A stretch of 64,000 nt of DNA from Balanoglossus misakiensis (GCA_040954595.2 CM082589.2:6569186-6633185), one strand, 5' to 3'; shown: positions 26,274 through 55,534, counted from the stretch's first letter. Made by a program: numbers and translations. Notes: generated by a model from the sequence alone, not told the origin.

Positions 26274-27500
26274 TCTTAGTGTCCTAACTCAGAAATCTGC
26301 TAGTGCAAAACGGTTTGTCACCTGAGCACTGTCCAACATCACCTGTTCAGAAAAGCCTAACGATTTGGACTACATTCAATTTGCAATTAATGACTTTAAT
26401 CCACAGGGTGGAAGAGTGGCGTTTTCATAAGTGTTTAACTATATTGTCGGTGTAAATTGTTTACATTGAGTGTCATTTGCCACACATCTGTTCATTCAAG
26501 AACGATTCTCACACTTATCAGACTCCTTCACAAAGCACATTCATTTGAAACTTCGCCACAAAACGCCCATGTGGGAAGGCAGATATCATGTATAATACTT
26601 TGGGAACTTGGACGTCCATTCCACCTTGTTCCAGCCTGTTCATAAACCACAGATTTTGCAAGACAAATAGACAGCAGCTTAGGGATTGCAAACTCTTTTA
26701 CACCATGGTATATAATTGTAATATCTATTTGGAACAAAAACTTTCATCTGAGAGCAGGTGCCAGGTATAGTGAGCAACACAGAAAGAATGACATCCAGCT
26801 AGAAAATGTATCTTTATAAAAAAACAACTTTATTTTATAAAATGTGTATCATCTAACATTACGATATCAGAATACATAGGGTTTTGCTAACATTTTCTTC
26901 CTGTTTTTTGGAAGAATTCCTGGTATACTCAGAATTTGAGGGGATCTTCCTTCAAAATAAAACAAATATGGGAATAACATGGAATATTCTACCAGCAAGC
27001 AACATTACCCCACACTTACAAATACAGCATTGGAAATTCAAAATGGCTGCCACAAAATGGCTGCCAACATGGCTGCTGAATTCTATGTAACCACAAATGT
27101 AGAAACTGTGATTCTTGATGTCCTTGAAACATGATTGTGGACACCATTTTTTCTTAATTTTATTTTTCACAGCACTTCCACACTATCTTATATACTGACA
27201 AGAACACAATTTTTAACGAAAGACTGTCTCAAAAATTGACACGACCCAGCATGGGTTTAGTGTTTACAATGTGTTCTCCAACTAAGATGCCTTTGATAAG
27301 TTTGGTTTTTGGTTTCTACGTGATGGTAGGGTTGAAAGGGTACATTTGCAGTATATAGCATATGATTATTACAATAATCAATAACTTACTCAGACACAGT
27401 GTGTGCTTAAATACCAAACAAATATACTGTAAGCAAATTGGGATAGTGACCAAGTTAAATTTCCTCACAAAATACTCAGCAATGGGAAAGATATTTGGCG

Positions 27501-27589
27501 TTAACCCTATCTACATCATGGTTCGGTCCAAATCTATTATTTTCTATGGTAATATTGGACCTGTCTAGATGAACCTGGGGGTGAGATGG

Positions 27590-27593
<4 letters not shown>
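27501..27593 (-). mobile_element. 85-bp TTAA-flanked piggyBac-like MITE (copy at MED23 stop codon)
   Basis: TTAA at 27501-04 and 27590-93. The internal sequence is homologous (reverse orientation) to 35791-35875 and about 57378-57462. Confidence 0.75.
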
Positions 27594-41634
<14,041 letters not shown>

Positions 41635-42030
41635 GCCAACTGTGTCTTGACCCTTCTTTGGATCTTGGAGATATTAAATAGATGTACAAATACGAATGCT
41701 GTCAAGAATTCTATTTGACATAAATACTCAAAACCTATCTTCTCAACATTTTTTTTCTATTTTCTTTGTCTGTAAATTCATGAAACGCGGAAACCCATGA
41801 AACAAAAAACAAAAAAGATGTTTACATCAAACAAAGCCAATTGTTCAACTGAACTACTGTTATGTGGGATCGATCAAGCTACATGTATTTGATAAAGCCG
41901 TAGAATTCTATATGCATTGATTCACGAAGACATGACCATTGCCATTCATAATACAGAATGATCAAAACAATAACAATATCATAACATTTCCCCTTAAAAC
42001 GAGCATTACCACTATATTTGGCTGTTTTAC

Positions 42031-42567
42031 CTGCAATTTTGATGCAGTCGTATAGATTCTTTGCATCACCCGATGCCATAGACATAGCTTCCATTTGCTG
42101 CTCAATACAGAATACAGATCGCTTTTGATCTTTGATCGGCGAGGTTATTCTTTCCGAGTCGCGTTGGTCTTCAGCTCAACATGGGGGCAGCCATCTTGAA
42201 AAGACAAAAGTAGATCAACATTGCATATGGACGTTGAGGGATTTGGGTGAAACGAATATCAACTCAAAGGGGTGTGTCTCTACAAAAACAGGGTGGACAC
42301 GACAGACCAGTCTGATGTCGAACTATGAGAATTTTATTGACGGGGGTAAACTTCCATGTCGTATATAATTTCGCTTGTTCATTCTTTTTGTGAGAATTCG
42401 GGTCTGAACGTGTAAAATATCCCAATTAGCGAGCGGAACCGAGCATTATTGGAAAGAGTCGCACCCAACATTACGTCACCTCCTGCCATTACTTGCGCAG
42501 TCTCCGTAAAGACAAGGTGTGTTGAGTTACCGAAGTTGATTTTTGGAAAGGTGACCGTTTTTCACAG
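42031..42567. promoter_or_regulatory. Putative bidirectional promoter and first exons of MED23 (-) and the myosin RLC gene (+)
   Basis: Minus strand has a YY1-like CAAGATGGCTGCC at about 42198-42186 and donor CAG|GTAAAA at 42031. Plus strand has a CRE-like TTACGTCA near 42471 and donor CACAG|GTACGT at 42567. Locally CpG-rich. Confidence 0.55.
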
Positions 42568-45340
42568 GTACGTATTTGACAAGATATTTATGTACATAAC
42601 AAACCAATTTCAGACCCGAGCGGCATAAATACGTGTCAGTTATGTATTCAACATGGACATTATCAACATAAATTCACAGGTTGTTGTTTTGGGGTCCGTA
42701 TTTTTGCTGAAGTGGACTAGGTCGTTCCACCTTTTAGTTTTACCATAGCCACTCAGCTTATGGTTTTACGTGTCCATAAACTGTTGGAAATCATTATATC
42801 CATTGTAGACTTTACGCAGTCGAATTTGAGTGTGATTTTCTGTATAATTCAGCGAGGATCTTCGCTAATTTATTTCGTAGCTAGTCGTTTTCGGATGCTA
42901 CATCAGGTGATTCAGCTTGCAAGCATTGCGGGTGCAGCTGCAATGGAAGCCAATCGCTTCCTGTGTCTTTCACTGGGACAGGCGGAAGCAGTGACGTGAT
43001 TAACGGCATGAATACTCTTTCCATACGACTTTCCCCCCTTTTTGTACCAAAACACGATAATTACTTTTCCAAATACCCTGATTTTGGTGCTGTCAGGTAC
43101 CTGGAATGTGTACATAGTGGCATATTGTTGCTTTGGTGTCGCATAGTTGTCATTCCAAATCGGACCTTATTTGGTAAAACTGCTATTTGCATGAGAATAA
43201 ACATTGGATTTTGTATTTATATTGCTCACTGTGGCACATCAACATTAGTACTGAAATCTAGGCCCAAATTACACTTATAAAAATATATTTGTGATAAATG
43301 TAATTTACTCTTTGACAATAGAATACATTCATCATGTTCATTTCATATCATTATTATTTGGAAAACATAATAAACAACATACAAATGTACTAGTATTTTT
43401 AAAGTATCTATTACATGATGTAGCTCCACTATGACATCATAAAATATTGCTTTCCATAGATCTTATTACTACCAGACATTGTTCTCCATAAAAATCAGTT
43501 TCGATGAAAAATGACGTATCCGAAAGGTCAAAACATAATGTTCAAGGTCAAAACTTTTTAACCTCAATACATAACAGGAAACCAGTTTTTTGTATGATCA
43601 TTCATAATGTTGCAGTAAATACATGCATATTGAATAAGTCTTGTGTAGAAAATGAATAACAGTTGATTTTCCCAATCCTGAAAGAACATTTTGATTATAA
43701 AAGCCAGTCCTTTTTCTTCGAACAAAATGGCTGCAATCTATTCTTACTATGATCTTGCCACTTGTTTTCAGAAATTGAGAATTCCAGTACATTGAAGCAG
43801 TCATTACTATACCGGAAAGACAGTATTGTAATTGCAGAACTAGTTCCCTGGGGCTACATTTTAATTGTGACCGTCCACTGAAAGAAGCTGGTTTACATTG
43901 TAATTGCTGCGTTTAGAATGCATGTACTCCAGACAGTATACACTGTACATGTAATTTGATTTTGTTGACGCGTTGGTTGTTGTGTGTCTGCATTTTATAG
44001 TGGTTAGAGTCATAACTTTTCATTGGTACATGTAAGCACCAAACTGGTCTTTGTCACTTGTGGTTATTACCAAAAAATATGTGTTCTTATACCTCTTGGT
44101 CTGTAAATCTCAAGTATAGAGAGATGAAAGTTTCGAGTCCAGTTGCAACAAATGAGAGGTCTTGAGCAGCTCTACACGTCCAGGGGTCATTGTGCGGTGT
44201 GGGCTGGCTGTATGGCAATTATGTATGGTTGAGCAAGCCGGGGTATTTTGTGTGCTTGAAATCGTTTCGTGTAGTGATAGATTCACGGTGTGGGGTAACA
44301 TTTGTAGTTATTCTGTGACTGATTTCAAATTTGTTGGTGCGTACACGAAATGAATGTAATCACCGAGTTTAACCATGGCCAGGTCCTAAATGTAGATGCA
44401 CAAATTTGTGCTTGCTAGTTGTAAGTTCTAATAGACCCTGGCGCGAGAGACTTTGAACAAACTTTATTCAAGTAGCTATCAAGTTACAGTTAGTTGGTGC
44501 ACTTCAGATATCATGCATATGACGTAGATCTTGTATATATATGTATATGAAGAAGTATGGTAAACTTAAATATTTATATCGTGTCACTAAATACAGTTGG
44601 TAAATTGCCAAGCTTTGCTTTTGATCAGTGAAATGCTGTTCAGTGTACTGTGTCAGTGTTTTCTCATTATGGCAACTGTGGACTTCACTGAGTATCTCCT
44701 AGTCCTACACAATTACCTAACACAAATAGTTTCGCATGAATGTAAACATTTTGCTAAGGACTGTATGTTATAAACAGATTCCAAGCAAGTCTTCATAGAG
44801 AATTTCAATTTGTCAAAATTCAGACATAATCACAGATAGTGTGGATTTAACCAGTAAATAGCATAGACTGAAATTGACTGTCGGGGAATTGGGAAAACAG
44901 ATGTGTACGCTTATCTGTGGACTGGTTTTCTTTAAAACCCTTGAATTGGATTTGCGTGATTTCTTCATGTCTCCTTTGGGGCGTTTCCAGGTTTTAGCCT
45001 TTGTTTGTTGCTCAAGTATGCGCGCCTTAAAAGATTCTGCTGTGTGGCGAGCATGGTTTGTTATACAGATGAGAGATTTCTGAGGGAAGTGAAAGAAGGG
45101 AGGTTATGCAAGCTGTGCATTGACATGGAGATTAAGTGTACACCCTTCGGCTTCTAGTCTGAAGCCTGAAAACCCTGGGCCTTCGCTTTCAGTCACTGTC
45201 AGACTTTTAAATTGACTCCTAATGAAATTGTGTGGTTTCTGAATGTGCATTATGAAAGTAAAGAGAATAGTGTCAGCTTTGTTTTACTGGCCTAGATACT
45301 AAGCTATGTTTTTCACATGTAGACCACCATGCATATGCCA

Positions 45341-45549
45341 TACTGTAAAACGGGTTATTTTCGCGAGCAATAAATTTCTGTGAAATACAGCAAAAAAAAC
45401 GTGAAAATAAAAAGTCGCATAAAATATTTTTTTTCTGAGATAACAATGCAGTTAGTGAAATATGAGAACGCGAAAATTAATCCTCGCGTAACAGTTGCCC
45501 CTTTCGATATCGTGAAAATTTCCTGTCGCGAAAATAGCCTGTTACAGTA
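45341..45549. mobile_element. Non-autonomous DNA element (MITE), unclassified
   Basis: Imperfect TIR TACTGTAAAACGGGTTATTTTCGCGA / TCGCGAAAATAGCCTGTTACAGTA. Confidence 0.75.
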
Positions 45550-45709
45550 TATTATGGTGGTGGCATCAATGCTCAGAAACTAAGTGTTGAAATCAACAAG
45601 AAGTTGGTCATCAACACTAGGTTTTTTACAGGGTTAATTGCCACTGATACATGCACTGTTAACTCCTCTAACAACAGTGTTGTTTTCTCTTCTCCAGTTG
45701 TTTTTGTAA

Positions 45710-47572
<1,863 letters not shown>

Positions 47573-50500
47573 ACTCTGACCTTTGAACTCAAGTGTATGT
47601 AGTTTCAGAAAAGCTTCCATGATTTTTTTTACTTAGCAATAGCAATAGAGATTGACACTTCCTGATTATTGAAATATCAAGTTTTGATTTCTTGTTCCCA
47701 GCCCCCACATGCTGTTTTCGCATGTTCCTAAGTGGTATGGTCTTGCAGTATCAACGGTGATAGTGATTTTGTCATACCACTTTGGTTTATAGGGGTGGCA
47801 GGTTTTAAAGCATGATGATGGTGTAAAAGATTCCTTGATTGTGAAAATTGATATTTCAATAATCATCCACACGGTAGCTTATTATTAACCAACAGAATAC
47901 AGAATTGCGTGCTGTATCATGGGTCTGGAGTGAAATACAAGTATGTGAAAATATAAAAAATCTTTCTCTTTTATAGTTGTACAAAAACTAACAAGCATCT
48001 TATTCACAATAGAACTGCCAGTACACACATGACTTTGGTGCTGCGTTTTGAGGGGAATGTGGTTGTCGATGGTCAGTTGTGTTTTGCTTGGTTCATGAGC
48101 CACGCCAACAGACCATTGAACCTTTTGGACTGAAGTGTTTGTAGACAACTTGTTTAGATTATCAACCATTGCGCGAATAATCTTAAACTTTACGACACCA
48201 GTGTGTTTTTTAATCTCGTATATAATCATATTTGGCTGTATCATGCAAGGATACACAATATTGCATCACCATCACTATGCAAATAAAACACTAACATTCA
48301 AATTACATGCTAATTTCCAACAATTAGCATACTCATAACCAAAACCAGATGTTCAATTGATATAACATATAAACGAATGCTTTGTAAGTACATTGTATTT
48401 TATTCAAATTAGTCTCCCTTAGTGTAATGTTGTAAGGAAAATGATCATTCAGTTTGATTTGGTTTAATCCAGAATATTTCGGATGAAGAAGTGATAATAA
48501 TTACTTTTCTGTTACATGTATATGTAGGAATTAGGCAATGTATCTTTTACAAGTCGGCATTTTTGTTATTTTTTACCAAGCACAATCATTTTAAGTGACC
48601 ATTTTTGTCCATAGAAGCCACAGTTCACTGACTTGTGTTCGAGCTAGTCTTTTTCAGCTATTTTAACTTGTATGGCTGTACAATATTTAAACATTCTTTC
48701 CTTCACTTGTGGTCCCTCCAAGTTTCCTGAGAGATCTGTTTGCTTGTGATGTCATGTTTATTTGAAGTTAATAGGCCTATATACACTGGCAAATAATTTG
48801 CAGCTATCTGTTGTATAGCATTGCTACAGTGCCTATTGTACATTTTCGAGGGAAGTCCGTAGAATTTAGTGTTTGTAAATGACAGGCATAACTAGGCAGA
48901 TCATGTTCAGTTCTACACGGGCATTTGCCATGAACCACTAGAAATTTTACACTAACCGAATTTGAATAGTTTTGTATGAAATAGAGAGTGACTTTTCTCA
49001 TTCACCGACTTGTGTACGAAGTTAAGCAAATTCACACTTGATAATTTCTTGAATGGAACACTGGGGGCAGTATACCACATGTCACAGAGGCCTCTAGAGG
49101 GCGCTGTGTAAAATTATGCTTGGATGTTATGGAGAGTGCCCTTTTTGAGTTGTCAAGGGAAGATCTTTGTGATTATTTGACTATCTTGCCAAAATGTTGG
49201 CTTATGGTAATAGTTTGTTCCCTCTTGTCTCGACACTGTATGAGAAACTCGCACATTCCAACCTTTTTTTCTTTCTCTTCATTCCTCTTCTGATCTTTTT
49301 CTGTAAATTTTGGCAATGATTTGAAATATGGTGATTTTATTTGGTTGCAACTCTGTGAATATCTGATCCTGTATTGCTTGATTCCATCTTTATTTTTATA
49401 TGGACGAGACAAGATGTTTATTGATCTCACTACTGAGTAATGTAAAAGGCTACTTTCTCAATAAACAAGCTGATTTCAAGTTTGTGGCTTCGAGCTTTAT
49501 TTGTTAACTATGTTCAATACAGAAATATACAAGCACATCCACTGTAACTGAAACATATGCATGCGATATAAACTTTTAAACTCGCATTTGATCGCAGAAA
49601 ACGAAGACTGCAAAATACTTGCATGGTTTATGTGACGAATGACACGTGTGTCTTGAGTGTTGTATCGTTGCTACAGAAGTGTTGACTTCGTTTGTCTGAC
49701 AACCGCCTCGGCAGCTGCGGCCTGGTGACCTGTTTGAGTATTAAAGGTCATTTCCCGTGCGTTTAATAGCTGGGTACTGCAATAGACTGTCCTTGGCAAC
49801 GGTCACGACGTAGCAACAACGCTACTGACAAGGAGATAGTCAGGAGATGTGTTGAATATATACAAAGATTTATGAAATTTGTAAAGGATAATGTAAGAGT
49901 GAAGTGTAATTGTTTAGTTATTCAACGACATGAAGGGCCGCATGAGTTCAATATCTGAAAGATTCCACGACATGAGTCCATTGTCCGGCTTACAACACGT
50001 AGCACAATGACAACATCTGTGATCTTTGTATGCTAAACAACTTCTCAATCACATCAACCAATCACAAGCTTCACAAAATGCACCTGTTGAATTTCACTTT
50101 TCGATTGGATAGTTGTCTGCCAGTTCATTTGTCGGATGGTCAGTGGGGGTGCCACGTTTCCATCATTCGAACTCACTCCATATTTGACGGGTCGCGCAAA
50201 TACCATGGCTGAAAATAGTGATGAAATTAACGCCCTATTCATTACCGGAGGGATTTCTGACAACCAAGTGAAAGTGAAGGTCGTGAATGTGACGACATGG
50301 ACAGGACTTTGGTAACTTTATTGGAGTGGATGTACCCGGAGAATGTACCTAAACCATCGGTCATGGAAAGTGACAAGACGAAAGTCAAAGGTGCCTTCTG
50401 GCTAGCAGCCCCCATTGCACACACCCTCTTCAGTAAGTAACATTTTTCTGTCATTTTTTCTCGAAGTACGTAACTTCAAAGTTTTTTTATTTGTGATAAA

Positions 50501-50894
50501 CTTGTACTAGACTTCATAGGAAATCATTGATGTAATTTTCGTGACTGTTACATTTGTTTATCGAAACGATTTGATGTGGAAAGTTTGGTCTGTCGTTCGG
50601 AACATGAACTTAGTCTAACTCACGACCACTCGTGGTATTGTCTGTGGTCGTGTACCGGGCGCTGCGCCGCTGATCTGCGCACAGGTACAAGAGAGCACCT
50701 CCTTAAAAGGCCATCATAAAGACGAACAACAAAGGAGAGAAGAATAACAATAGGGTCCGCTAGAATACCCAGCGCGCACCACCCATTGTGGATTAATTGT
50801 GTTGGCAACAGTCTATAGCGGTCCCTATCCTTGACAGTAAAGACGACTTATATGTGGTCAACACAGAGAGATTACCAGTCGAGCGAAACAAACC

Positions 50895-53800
50895 ATGGCT
50901 GCGTTGTACCGTGAAGGTAAGCAGTTGTTCAAATCCCTTCTTTGATTTAATTTTGCATCTATTAGGAAGGGATTAGGAATCGATACAATGAGTTGCAGAC
51001 GATTGTATTGTTTCATTAATCCGTTAGCTAAATGCCATAAATTCGGAGAAAGTCCAATAGGTTCGCAAACTCCACCCTGGCTTTCCTGAGGTCAATCCGA
51101 AGTACTTACATGTATTTTCAACTTGAGGGTTGGTTTGCGCGATTATTAGAAAATACATTTTATTCCAAGTAATCATGAAAAGTTTCCAAAGAAAGCGTGA
51201 ACATTGCTAGGTAAATTTGGCTAGACAAATCTTAAAGCGCAAGTTTAAAGTTTTATTCCTGTTTTAACATAACCCGCTGGGGTATTTCAATAGGGCCTTT
51301 GATAATTAAAAAATAGTCTTGCATTCCGAATGTATATATTATTCATTCCACCTATAATAGTCCAGGTGGACTGTCGAAACTGAGCCACTCTGTCATGCAC
51401 TGTTTACTGGGACAGTTGAGTCCGACCATTAAGAAATGATCGAACATGCGAACTGAAGTATATAGCACTACACGTATTCCTATTGTTGCTACTTGTTTAC
51501 AACCAGGATGGTGGTCTCTCGTCATTTACAAATGCGCAAAATAAAAAGGGAACAAATATGCTTGTCTATGGATTATACTCTGACGGTGTATTCCTACAGA
51601 CAAGACTAAAATATTTAGTTTCGTGAATAGTAGTCTGTTTATAATACATGTATTGGTATGGGGGCCTGTACTGGTCAAAATTATTAATTAAAAGCCTACA
51701 AAGTCAAGGTTACAGCTAACAAAGTCATATATTTTGTCGATGCGATGATAATTTCCCATTATTAATTTACAGTTATCGAATTTATCTCTCCGACATCATC
51801 AAGGTTCTTAGATAGGATTTTATATACATGGCCGATATCATCAAGGTTCTTAAATAGGATTTTATACACGTGGCCGTGGTTCTTACCAAAAATCGTGGTT
51901 CTTACGTTTTACAGCCTAAAAAGTCAAAAATACTCGAGGTTCTAGCTTAAAAAGTCATATATTTAGTCGATGCGATGATAATTTCCCATTATTAATTTAC
52001 AGTTATCGAATTTATCTCTCCGACATCATCAAGGTTCTTAGATAGGATTTTATATACATGGCCGATATCATCAAGGTTCTTAAATAGGATTTTATACACG
52101 TGGCCGTGGTTCTTACCAAAAATCGTGGTTCTTACGTTTTACAGCCTAAAAAGTCAAAAATACTCGAGGTTCTAGCTTTAAAAGCCATATATTTAGTCGA
52201 TGCGATGATAATTACCCATTATTAATTAACAGTTATCGTAATTATGTCTCCGAAATCATCACGGTTCTTAAATAGGATTTTATACACGTGGCCGTGGTTC
52301 TTACCAAAAATCGTGGTTCTTACGTTTTACAGCCTAAAAAGTCAAAAATACTCGAGGTTCTAGCTTAAAAAGTCATATATTTAGTCGATGCGATGATAAT
52401 TACCCATTATTAATTAACAGTTATCGTAATTATGTCTCCGACATCATCAAGGTTCTTAGATAGGGTTTTATACATGGCCGAAATCATCAAGGTTCTTAAA
52501 TAGGATTTTATACACGTGGCCGTGGTTCTTACCAAAAATCGTGGTTCTTAAGTTTTACAGCCCCCCAAAATTAAAAAATACTGGAGGTTCTACCTAACAA
52601 AGTCATATATTTAGTCGATGCGATGATAATTTCCCATAATTAATTAACAATCATCGTTATTTATCTCGCCGATATCATCAAGGATCTTAGATAGGAATTT
52701 GTACACGTGGCCGAGGTTCCTCACAAAAATCGTTCTTACGTTTTACAGCCCAAAAAATTAAAAATACTCGAGGTTCTAGCTTAAAAAGTCTTAATTTTAG
52801 TCGATGCGATGATAATTTCCCATTATTAATTAACAATTATCGCTCTGTAGCGCTCTCATATCATCAAGGTTCTTAGATATGCAGTTTCATGCATAGCCGT
52901 GGTTCTTACCGAAAAACCCTTTAGCGTAGCGCAGCCAGCGGTGGGATTGGGGCAGGGAACCAGACTAAACCGCCATTTTGATATGCGTGCGCAAAGGACT
53001 GTGGGATCTGCCCAAATAAAATTCGACAACACAAATACATACATAAACTGAATTGCTGGCATGAAAATAGTTTGAACCCAAAATTTATCGAAGAAATTAA
53101 TAAATATTAATTCTTATGCTAGTAAAATTCATTCCAGTCTACAGAAAGTTATTCCTATAATTTTGACCAGAACAGGCCCCATGATGTTCTGGGATATGTC
53201 TTCTGTATTTATATTTCATTTTAAAGCATTGTGTTTGCTGGGAATCACGTGACTACTTAATGTTAATTAAAATACAATCACACAGCTAGCTGCACATGCA
53301 TAGTAAATAATTATTTTGGGGATACACACAGATTATTCAATGCCACAACAATTAATTCTGGTTCTACTGTTATCTCGCTTTTTAGTCATAAAGTTTAATC
53401 CACCTGGGTTTCCGACCAATACATGTCCCACTGGAGGCAGTGCCAAAAACCCTGCAAGTGTCACCTGTCATTATCACATCACCGACCATTGCCTTGTCTG
53501 CATTAGGTGAGCATCGAACACATTAGAATAATCTGCAGGCAACTTGATGTGGGCCTGGTTATTCTTCAGTCTTGGCAGAAGTATTAGGAATAATAAAAAA
53601 ACAATGATCAATGAAAAATGTAAATGTAGTTAGTTCTTTCGGTGTGACTAAGTTTTGTTCGTACTTACCTTTCCACGCGACTGTGAGCTTATCTTACTGT
53701 GTGTGACCTATAAAAACACGAAAGACTTACCCCATTTTCGACAGTTGCTTTTTAACTGTAGGAAAATGATATATTAAAGCTTTATATGCTTGAACCTTTT

Positions 53801-54185
53801 ACTCTTTTTCAGCCCACGAGGCGAATATGTGAACTTGAGAACTTGCCAGGTTTTTAATCCGGGTGGGAACGACAGCGTCGATCACCCGTGGAAACTTCCC
53901 GTCAACGACTATCTCATTGGAAGACGCGTCAAAGAAAACGGCACCCAATTTTACACCCTTCACCCGAAGAATTCATTCCACACCGGGTACAGCAAGAAAG
54001 CAAAATACACCATCTACCCAAATATAGTTCATGATGGCGGGATAGCGGTCGACGTCAGCGGTGATGTCGTCGAGGCGCCGTTTCACAAGGGGCGAAATTG
54101 GCAGAAATTGCGAGAATTTCTCGATAACGGAAAACTGAAATACAAGAAGAAAAGATACTGCGGGTATCTTCATGTTATTCCGTGA
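50895..54185 (+). CDS. 171-aa Tlde1/DUF2778-like protein (exons 50895-50916, 53386-53506, 53813-54185)
   Basis: Three exons with canonical sites and matching phases (G|GTAAGC, TTTAG|TC, AG|GTGAGC, TTTCAG|C) give one frame: MAALYREVIKFNPPG...CPTGGSAKNPASVTCHYHI...CQVFNPGG...KLPVNDYLIG...FYTLHP...IYPNIVHDGGIAV...WQKLREFL...YCGYLHVIP. AATAAA at 54391. The gene model is solid; the family call is from motif recall. Confidence 0.65.
51661..53180. mobile_element. 1.5-kb non-autonomous PIF/Harbinger-like element carrying a tandem array
   Basis: TIR GGGGCCTGTACTGGTCAAAATTAT / ATAATTTTGACCAGAACAGGCCCC, with 3-bp duplication ATG at 51658-60 and 53181-83. Confidence 0.8.
51700..52912. repeat. Tandem array of about 6 units of 188/230 bp
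   Basis: Unit marker AAAGTCATAT recurs (with variants) at 51721, 51951, 52181, 52369, 52599 and 52785. Unit length depends on one or two copies of a ~42-bp subrepeat. Confidence 0.92.
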
Positions 54186-55534
54186 AGAATTGTCCTTTCA
54201 AGGAATGTAGTTATGGAATAACGGGCACAAGCATGGCTGTATATGTGTATCTACACTATCCTTAACCGAAAGGACATTACTATTTTCTGATTGGTCGATG
54301 GAAGTCTGTTGGGTAATGAATGCACCAATCGGAACACAGCACACAGTCATATACTACACAATGACACAAGCAACCATAGCAATGATACAAAATAAACACA
54401 CATATCTCTATTTTTTCTGCAAGCTGTTTGGCTTTTACTGTGCTCAACACAAAATGTTTACAACACTGGTTAAGAAACTACTCAAAATATACACAGTAAT
54501 AATGGAATGGGGGAAATTACAATATTTTTTGTGCAATTATTGTATACCCATACACTGATTTCCATCCAGCAGACAAAAAAAAACAAGAAATAAATTTCTT
54601 TTGAAAACCTTTCCCAAAAATAATCTTTAATTTTTCAAACTTACATCAGTTGAAAGCGACCTGAAGTCATATTGCATTTTTTAAGATTATTTTTCTATAA
54701 TGCATTTTGATCTTATCGTCTTGTTTAGAAAATATCTGAGGCTAGTATCCATGTCTCAAAATTCACTGAACAATTATTCAGTGGATACAAAAACAGAAAT
54801 CAAAATCAAGACTTAAAAACTTTCTATCCACCTAGACTATAATCTTGCGGTCATTAAAAGTTGAAAAGAAGGCTTGAAATTAAGGCCATTTTGATAACAC
54901 TTTAGCACAGTTGTGTAATCTTCTTTTCAGATATGCTCAAAAACACTTCTAAGAACTCAGATTATTGATGCAAAGACTAATAAACAATTGCAAACAGAAA
55001 TAAAAGTTCACAGTACTCAACTTAATTATTCTTGTTTAATAACACAACTAATTTTCTATTCGCGACCCATGGGTATGAACCCAATTTCGCCGGTATTTGA
55101 ATAATTTAAGTAGCAAACATTTGCATCTATTTACAGGGAAATTTGCATAAATTTACATACACCACCTCTTCACCTGCAAATGCAAAGCGCTGTCCACTGA
55201 CACTCGATCACAAACATCATTTTTCGTTAAAAAAAGACCATTATCAGAACTTTTCTGCTTCACAGATGGCACATTTCATTTACAATTTTGTTTATAGTGG
55301 ATCCTTTCTGAACTTACTCCCTTCAGTGTCCAGTTTAGATTATGTTTCACAGTATAACAACATACATTATAACAAACAATTTATTGTTCCATACCTGGGA
55401 CTCCCATATATTTTTAATACATGTACTTACTTGGTTGTATTGGACCCGTATGACATATGAGTACAGTCCTGACAATGGTCTCTTTGCTGTTCACATGCAT
55501 TCATAACTACACACACGCACGCACACACACACAC

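Noticed and set aside
27040-27076. Three tandem AAAATGGCTGCC (YY1-like) motifs
   Set aside because: They lie in the presumed MED23 3'UTR and are more likely a repeat remnant than a promoter.
50838-50916. In-frame TGA (GCVVP-TGA) as a possible selenocysteine linking exon 50297 to exon 53813
   Set aside because: Including exon 53386-53506 gives a stop-free model. There is no CxxU context and no SECIS was recognised.
51700-52912. CRISPR-like appearance of the regular repeats
   Set aside because: Whole units repeat with no unique spacers, the context is a eukaryotic intron, and there are no cas genes.
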